A program made the translations under genes and the position numbers. The notes beneath the pieces are model-generated. The model worked only from the letters and a program-made list of their open reading frames with translations. It was not told the DNA's origin and ran no database searches. Shown piece after piece: positions 55,801 to 64,000 of a stretch of DNA of 64,000 bases (position 1 is its first letter; every line of letters starts with the position of its first letter). Origin of the DNA: Paragordius varius (taxonomy: Eukaryota > Animalia > Nematomorpha); contig OZ176056.1 of assembly GCA_964247055.1 (NCBI GenBank), positions 310,001-374,000 on the forward strand, read 5' to 3'.

Positions 55801-58800
55801 TTTTTTATACATTCTCTTAGTAAGACTACATCAAAATATAGAGATAGTTTGACAAACTCTTTCATATCCGATTTTCACAACGATATTTTTTTAAAATTAT
55901 GGTATTAAACCAGTCGCATCAATACTCAAGTTAAACTTTGTCCTTAAAAATCGGATATTGGTCACCGGTGAACAAAATTATTTTTTATACTCTTAGTAAG
56001 ACTACATCAAAATATAGAGATAGTTTGACAAACTGTTTCATATCCGATTTTTACAACAATACTTTAAAAATTATGGTATTAAACCAGTCGCATCAATACT
56101 CAAGTTAAACTTTGTCCTTAAAAATCGGATATTGGTCACCGGTGAACAAAATTATTTTATATACATTCTCTTAGTAAGACTACATCAAAATATAGAGATA
56201 GTTTGACAAACTCTTTCATATCCGATTTTTACAACGATACTTTAAAAATTAATGTATAAAACTAGTCGTATCAATAAATCGCATCAATACTCAAGTTAAA
56301 CTTTGTCCTTAAAAATCGGATATTGGTCACCGGTGAACAAAATTATTTTTTATACATTCTCTTAGTAGGACTACATCAAAATATAGAGATAGTTTGGCAA
56401 ACTCTTTCATATCCGATTTTTACAACGATACTTTAAAAATTAATGTATAAAACTAGTCGCATCAATACTCAAGCTAAACATTGTCCTTAAAAATCGAATA
56501 TTGGCCACCGGTAAACAAAATTATTTTTTATACATTCTCTTAGTAAGACTACATCAAAATATAGAGATAGTTTGACAAACTCTTTCATATTCGATTTTTA
56601 CAACGATACTTTAAAAATTAATGTGTTAAACTAGTCGCATCAATACTCAATTTAAACTTTGTCCTTAAAAATCGGATATTGGTCACCGGTGAACAAAATT
56701 ATTTTTTATACATTCTCTTAGTAAGACTACATCAAAATATAGAGATAGTTTTACAAACTCTTTCATATCCGATTTTCACAACGATACTTTAAAAATTAAT
56801 GTTTTAAACTAGTCGCATCAATACTCAAGTTAAACTTTGTCCTTAAAAATCGGATATTGGTCACCGGTGAACAAAATAATTTTTTATACATTCTCTTAGT
56901 AAGACTACATCAAAATATAGAGATAGTTTGACAAACTCTTTCATATCCGATTTTTACAAGGATACTTTTTTTTAATTATGGTATTAAACCAGTCGCATCA
57001 ATACTCAAGTTAAACTTTGTCCTTAAAAATCGGATATTGGTCACCGGTGAACAAAATTATTTTATATACATTCTCTTAGTAAGACTACATCAAAATATAG
57101 AGATAGTTTGACAAACTCTTTCATATACGATTTTTACAACGATACTTTAAAAATTAATGTATAAAACTAGTCGCATCAATACTCAAGCTAAACATTGTCC
57201 TTAAAAATCGGATATTGGTCACCGGTGAACAAAACTATTTTTTATACATTCTCTTAGTAAGACTACATCAAAATATAGAGATAGTTTGACAAACTCTTTC
57301 ATATCCGATTTTTACAACGATACTTTACAATATATCGCATCAATACTCAAGTTAAACTTTGTCCTTAAAAATCGGATATTGGTCACCGGTGAACAAAATT
57401 ATTTTATATACATTCTCTTAGTATGACTACATCAAAATATAGAGATAGTTTGACAAACTCTTTCATATCCGATTTTTACAACGATACTTTAAAAATTAAT
57501 GTACAAAATTAGTCGCATCAATACTCAAGCTAAACATTGTCCTTAAAATCGGATATTGGTCACCGGTGAACAAAACTATTTTTATACATTCTCTTAGTAA
57601 GACTACATCAAAATATAGAGATAGTTTGACAAACTCTTTCATATCCGATTTTTACAACGATACTTTAAAAATTAATGTATAAAACTAGTCGTATCAATAA
57701 ATCGCATCAATACTCAAGTTAAACTTTGTCCTTAAAAATCGGATATTGGTCACCGGTGAACAAAATTATTTTTTATACATTCTCTTAGTAGGACTACATC
57801 AAAATAGAGAGATAGTTTGGCAAACTCTTTCATATCCGATTTTTACAAGATACTTTAAAAATTAATGTATAAAACTAGTCGCATCAATACTCAAGTTAAA
57901 CTTTTTCCTTAAAAATCGAATATTGGTCACCGGTGAACAAAATTATTTTTTATACATTCTCTTAGTAAGACTACATCAAAATATAGAGATAGTTTGACAA
58001 ACTCTTTCATATCCGATTTTTACAACGATACTTTAAAAATTATGGTATTAAACCAGTTGCATCAATACTCAAGTTAAACTTTGTCCTTAAAAATCGGATA
58101 TTGGTCACCGGTGAACAAAATTATTTTTTATACTCTTAGTAAGATTACATCAAAATATAGAGATAGTTTGACAAACTCTTTCATATCCGATTTTTACAAC
58201 GATACTCTAAAAATTATGGTATTAAACCAGTCGCATCAATACTCAAATTAAACTTTGTCCTTAAAAATCGGATATTGGTCACCGGTGAACAAAATTATTT
58301 TATATACATTCTCTTAGTAAGACTACATCAAAATATAGAGATAGTTTGACAAACTCTTTCATATCCGATTTTTACAAGGATACTTTTTTTTAATTATGGT
58401 ATTAAACCAGTCGCATCAATACTCAAGTTAAACTTTGTCCTTAAAAATCGGATATTGGTCACCGATGAACAAAATTATTTTTTATACTCTTAGTAAGACT
58501 ACATCAAAATATAGAGATAGTTTGACAAACTCTTTCATATCCGATTTTTACAACGATACTTTAAAAATTAATGTATTAAACTAGTCGCTTCAATACTCAA
58601 GTTAAACTTTGTCCTTAAAAATCGGATATTGGTCACCGGTAAACAAAATAATTTTTTATACATTCTCTTAGTAAGACTACATCAAAATAGAGATAGTTTG
58701 ACAAACTCTTTCATATCCGATTTTTACAACGATACTTTTTTAAAATTATGGTATTAAACCAGTCGCATCAATACTCAAGTTAAACTTTGTCCTTAAAAAT

Positions 58801-61800
58801 CGGATATTAGTCACCGGTGAACAAAATTATTTTATATACATTCTCTTAGTAAGACTACATCAAAATATAGAAATAGTTTGACATACTCTTTCATATCCGA
58901 TTTTTACAACGATACTTTAAAAATTAATGTATAAAACTAGTCGCATCAATACTCAAGCTAAACATTGTCCTTAAAAATCGGATATTGGTCACCGGTGAAC
59001 AAAACTATTTTTTATACATTCTCTTAGTAAGACTACATCAAAATATAGAGATAGTTTAACAAACTCTTTCATATCCGATTTTTACAACGATACTTTAAAA
59101 ATTAATGTATAAAACTAGTCGCATCAATACTCAAGTTAAACTTTGTCCTTAAAAATCGAATATTGGTCACCGGTGAACAAAATTATTTTTTATACATTCT
59201 CTTAGTAAGACTACATCAAAATATAGAGATAGTTTGACAAACTCTTTCATATCCGATATTTACAACGATACTTTAAAAATTAATGTATAAAACTAGTCGC
59301 ATCAATACTCAAGTTAAACTTTGTCCTTAAAAATCGAATATTGGTCACCGGTGAACAAAATTATTTTTTATACATTCTCTTAGTAAGACTACATCAAAAT
59401 ATAGAGATAGTTTGACAAACTCTTTCATATCCGATTTTTACAACGATACTTTTTTAAAATTATGGTATTAAACCAGTCGCATCAATACTCAAGTTGTCCT
59501 TAAAAATCGGATATTGTTCACCGGTGAACAAAAATATTTTTTATACTCTTAGTAAGACTACATCAAAATATAGAGATAGTTTGACAAACTCTTTCATATC
59601 CGATTTTTACAACGATACTTTAAAAATTATGGTATTAAACCAGTCGCATCAATACTCAAGTTAAACTTTGTCCTTAAAAATCGGATATTAGTCACCGGTG
59701 AACAAAATTATTTTATATACATTCTCTTAGTAAGACTACATCAAAATATAGAAATAGTTTGACAAACTCTTTCATATCCGATTTTTACAACGATACTTTA
59801 AAAATTAATGTATAAAACTAGTCGCATCAATACTCAAGCTAAACATTGTCCTTAAAAATCGGATATTGGTCACCGGTGAACAAAACTATTTTTTATACAT
59901 TCTCTTAGTAAGACTACATCAAAATATAGAGATAGTTTGAGAAACTCTTTCATATCCGATTTTTACAACGATACTTTAAAAATTAATGTATAAAACTAGT
60001 CGCATCAATACTCAAGTTAAACTTTGTCCTTAAAAATCGAATATTGGTCACCGGTGAACAAAATTATTTTTTATACATTCTCTTAGTAAGACTAAATCAA
60101 AATATAGAGATAGTTTGACAAACTCTTTCATATCCGATTTTTACAACGATACTTTAAAAATTAATGTGTTAAACTAGTCGCATCAATACTCAATTTAAAC
60201 TTTGTCCTTAAAAATCGGATATTGGTCACCGGTGAACAAAATTATTTTTTATGCATTCTCTTAGTAAGACTACATCAAAATATAGAGATAGTTTTACAAA
60301 CTCTTTCATATCCGATTTTTACAACGATACTTTAAAAATTAATGTATTAAACTAGTCGCATCAATACTCAAGTTAAACTTTGTCCTTAAAAATCGGATAT
60401 TGGTCACCGGTGAACAAAATTATTTTATATACATTCTCTTAGTAAGACTACATCAAAATATAGAAATAGTTTGACAAACTCTTTCATATCCGATTTTTAC
60501 AACGATACTTTAAAAATTAATGTATAAAACTAGTCGCATCAATACTCAAGCTAAACATTGTCCTTAAAAATCGGAAATTGGTCACCGGTGAACAAAACTA
60601 TTTTTTATACATTCTCTTAGTAAGACTACATCAAAATATAGAGATAGTTTGACAAACTCTTTCATATCCGATTTTTACAACGATACTTTAAAAATTAATT
60701 TATAAAACTAGTCGTATCAATAAATCGCATCAATACTCAAGTTAAACTTTGTCCTTAAAAATCGGATATTGGTCACCGGTGAACAAAATTATTTTTTATA
60801 TATTCTCTTAGTAGGACTACATCAAAATATAGAGATAGTTTGGCAAACTCTTTTATATCCGATTTTTACAACGATACTTTAAAAATTAATGTATAAAACT
60901 AGTCGCATCAATACTCAAGTTAAACTTTGTCCTTAAAAATCGAATATTGGTCACCGGTGAACAAAATTATTTTTTATACATTCTCTTAGTAAGACTACAT
61001 CAAAATATAGAGATAGTTTGACAAACTCTTTCATATCCGATTTTTACAACGATACTTTAAAAATTAATGTGTTAAACTAGTCGCATCAATACTCAATTTA
61101 AACTTTGTCCTTAAAAATCGGATATTGGTCACCGGTGAACAAAATTATTTTATATACATTCTCTTAGTAAGACTACATCAAAATATAGAGATAGTTTTAC
61201 AAACTCTTTCATATCCGATTTTTACAACGATACTTTAAAAATTAATGTATTAAACTAGTCGCATCAATACTCAAGTTAAACTTTGTCCTTAAAAATCGGA
61301 TATTGGTCACCGGTGAACAAAATAATTTTTTATACATTCTCTTAGTAAGACTACATCAAAATATAGAAATAGTTTGACAAACTCTTTCATATCCGATTTT
61401 TACAACGATACTTTAAAAATAAATGTATAAAACTAGTCGTATCAATAAATCGCATCAATACTCAAGTTAAACTTTGTCCTTAAAAATCGGATATTGGTCA
61501 CCGGTGAACAAAATTATTTTTTATACATTCTCTTAGTAGGACTACATCAAAATACAGAGATAGTTTGGCAAACTCTTTCATATCCGATTTTTACAATGAT
61601 ACTTTAAAAATTAATGTATAAAACTAGTCGCATCAATACTCAAGTTAAACTTTGTCCTTAAAAATCGGATATTGGTCACCGGTGAACAAAATTATTTTAT
61701 ATACATTCTCTTAGTAAGACTACATCAAAATATAGAGATAGTTTGACAAACTCTTTCATATCCGATTTTTACAACGATACTTTAAAAATTAATGTATAAA

Positions 61801-61930
61801 ACTAGTCGCATCAATACTCAAGCTAAACATTGTCCTTAAAAATCGGATATTGGTCACCGGTGAACAAAACTATTTTTTATACATTCTCTTAGTAAGACTA
61901 CATCAAAATATAGAGATAGTTTGACAAACT
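52869..61930 (+). repeat. Near-identical 9.06-kb copy of 17796-26857 (constant offset 35073 bp)
   Basis: actttttcat at 17911/52984, tacaatg at 20091/55164, ggccaccggta at 21431/56504, the 164-bp monomer at 22251/57324 and the 7-bp deletion aagttgtcc at 24421/59494. The copies diverge at 26858/61931. Confidence 0.93.
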
Positions 61931-64000
61931 GTTTCATATCCGATTTTTACAACAATACTTTAAAAATTATGGTATTAAACCAGTCGCATCAATACTCAAG
62001 TTAAACTTTGTCCTTAAAAATCGGATATTGGTCACCGGTGAACAAAATTATTTTATATACATTCTCTTAGTAAGACTACATCAAAATATAGAGATAGTTT
62101 GACAAACTCTTTCATATCCGATTTTTACAACGATACTTTAAAAATTAATGTATAAAACTAGTCGTATCAATAAATCGCATCAATACTCAAGTTAAACTTT
62201 GTCCTTAAAAATCGGATATTGGTCACCGGTGAACAAAATTATTTTTTATACTTTCTCTTAGTAGGACTACATCAAAATATAGAGATAGTTTGGCAAACTC
62301 TTTCATATCCGATTTTTACAACGATACTTTAAAAATTAATGTATAAAACTAGTCGCATCAATACTCAAGCTAAACATTGTCATTAAAAATCGAATATTGG
62401 TCACCGGTGAACAAAATTATTTTTTATACATTCTCTTAGTAAGACTACATCAAATTATAGAGATAGTTTGACAAACTGTTTCATATCCGATTTTTACAAC
62501 AATACTTTAAAAATTATGGTATTAAACCAGTCGCATCAATACTCAAGTTAAACTTTGTCCTTAAAAATCGGATATTGGTCACCGGTGAACAAAATTATTT
62601 TATATACATTCTCTTAGTAAGACTACATCAAAATATAGAGATAGTTTGACAAACTCTTTCATATCCGATTTTTACAACGATACTTTAAAAATTAATGTAT
62701 AAAACTAGTCGTATCAATAAATCGCATCAATACTCAAGTTAAACTTTGTCCTTAAAAATCGGATATTGGTCACCGGTGAACAAAATTATTTTTTATACAT
62801 TCTCTTAGTAGGACTACATCAAAATACAGAGATAGTTTGGCAAACTCTTTCATATCCGATTTTTACAATGATACTTTAAAAATTAATGTATAAAACTAGT
62901 CGCATCAATACTCAAGTTAAACTTTGTCCTTAAAAATCGGATATTGGTCACCGGTGAACAAAATTATTTTATATACATTCTCTTAGTAAGACTACATCAA
63001 AATATAGAGATAGTTTTACAAACTCTTTCATATCCGATTTTTACAACGATACTTTAAAAATTAATGTATTAAACTAGTCGCATCAATACTCAAGTTAAAC
63101 TTTGTCCTTAAAAATCGGATATTGGTCACCGGTGAACAAAATAATTTTTTATACATTCTCTTAGTAAGACTACATCAAAATATAGAAATAGTTTGACAAA
63201 CTCTTTCATATCCGATTTTTACAACGATACTTTAAAAATAAATGTATAAAACTAGTCGTATCAATAAATCGCATCAATACTCAAGTTAAACTTTGTCCTT
63301 AAAAATCGGATATTGGTCACCGGTGAACAAAATTATTTTTTATACATTCTCTTAGTAAGACTACATCAAAATATAGAGATAGTTTTACAAACTCTTTCAT
63401 ATCCGATTTTTACAACGATACTTTAAAAATTAATGTATTAAACTAGTCGCATCAATACTCAAGTTAAACTTTGTCCTTAAAAATCGGATATTGGTCACCG
63501 GTGAACAAAATAATTTTTTATACATTCTCTTAGTAAGACTACATCAAAATATAGAAATAGTTTGACAAACTCTTTCATATCCGATTTTTACAACGATACT
63601 TTAAAAATAAATGTATAAAACTAGTCGTATCAATAAATCGCATCAATACTCAAGTTAAACTTTGTCCTTAAAAATCGGATATTGGTCACCGGTGAACAAA
63701 ATTATTTTTTATACATTCTCTTAGTAGGACTACATCAAAATACAGAGATAGTTTGGCAAACTCTTTCATATCCGATTTTTACAATGATACTTTAAAAATT
63801 AATGTATAAAACTAGTCGCATCAATACTCAAGTTAAACTTTGTCCTTAAAAATCGGATATTGGTCACCGGTGAACAAAATTATTTTATATACATTCTCTT
63901 AGTAAGACTACATCAAAATATAGAGATAGTTTGACAAACTCTTTCATATCCGATTTTTACAACGATACTTTAAAAATTAATGTATAAAACTAGTCGCATC
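61931..64000 (+). repeat. Patchwork of short 2- and 3-monomer re-duplications (periods 547 and 369 bp)
   Basis: ctgtttc...aacaatact at 61931/62478 (547 = 178+178+191) and aaaaataaatg at 63239/63608 (369 = 178+191). Confidence 0.75.

Larger units (their letters stand above)
1..64000 (+). repeat. AT-rich 178-bp tandem satellite array (~357-360 head-to-tail monomers, one orientation), probably pericentromeric/centromeric heterochromatin
   Basis: The motifs catatccgattttta and ggtcaccggtgaacaaaa recur every 178 bp (starts 1, 179, 357, 535, 713, 891 ... 63945) from the first to the last base. I found no non-satellite sequence and no orientation switch. Hand count of the consensus gives 49 G+C in 178 nt (27.5%). 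The centromeric location is inference only. Confidence 0.98.

Noticed and set aside
1-64000. CRISPR array (palindromic repeats at regular spacing)
   Set aside because: The sequence between palindromes is itself repeated, so there are no unique spacers, and there is no leader or cas gene.

Overview
The whole 64 kb window is one uninterrupted, head-to-tail, single-orientation AT-rich (~27-28% GC) tandem satellite array of about 357-360 monomers. The basic monomer is 178 bp (catatccgat recurs at 1, 179, 357, 535, 713, 891). Common length variants are 191 bp (13-bp internal duplication) and 173-176 bp (small deletions); rare ones are 164-171 bp. I see no genes, RNA genes, transposon insertions or CRISPR spacers, and the single 60-aa ORF is a by-product of the repeat. 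This looks like eukaryotic (peri)centromeric or heterochromatic satellite DNA, but I cannot assign the family or species. Two layers of structure stand out. (1) The monomer is packed with dyad symmetries (a perfect 14-bp inverted repeat plus 11-23-bp quasi-palindromes) arranged as if it were an old inverted dimer of an ~89-bp half-unit, and some variants perfect these palindromes. (2) There is no single higher-order repeat: nested duplications have periods from 1 to 36 monomers, two variant domains alternate (A-B-A-B), and a rearranged super-duplication at 35-39 kb spacing (about 4-26.9 kb vs 43.2-61.9 kb) includes a 9-kb block that is about 99.9% identical. All offsets were counted by hand from diagnostic variants, so block ends are approximate.
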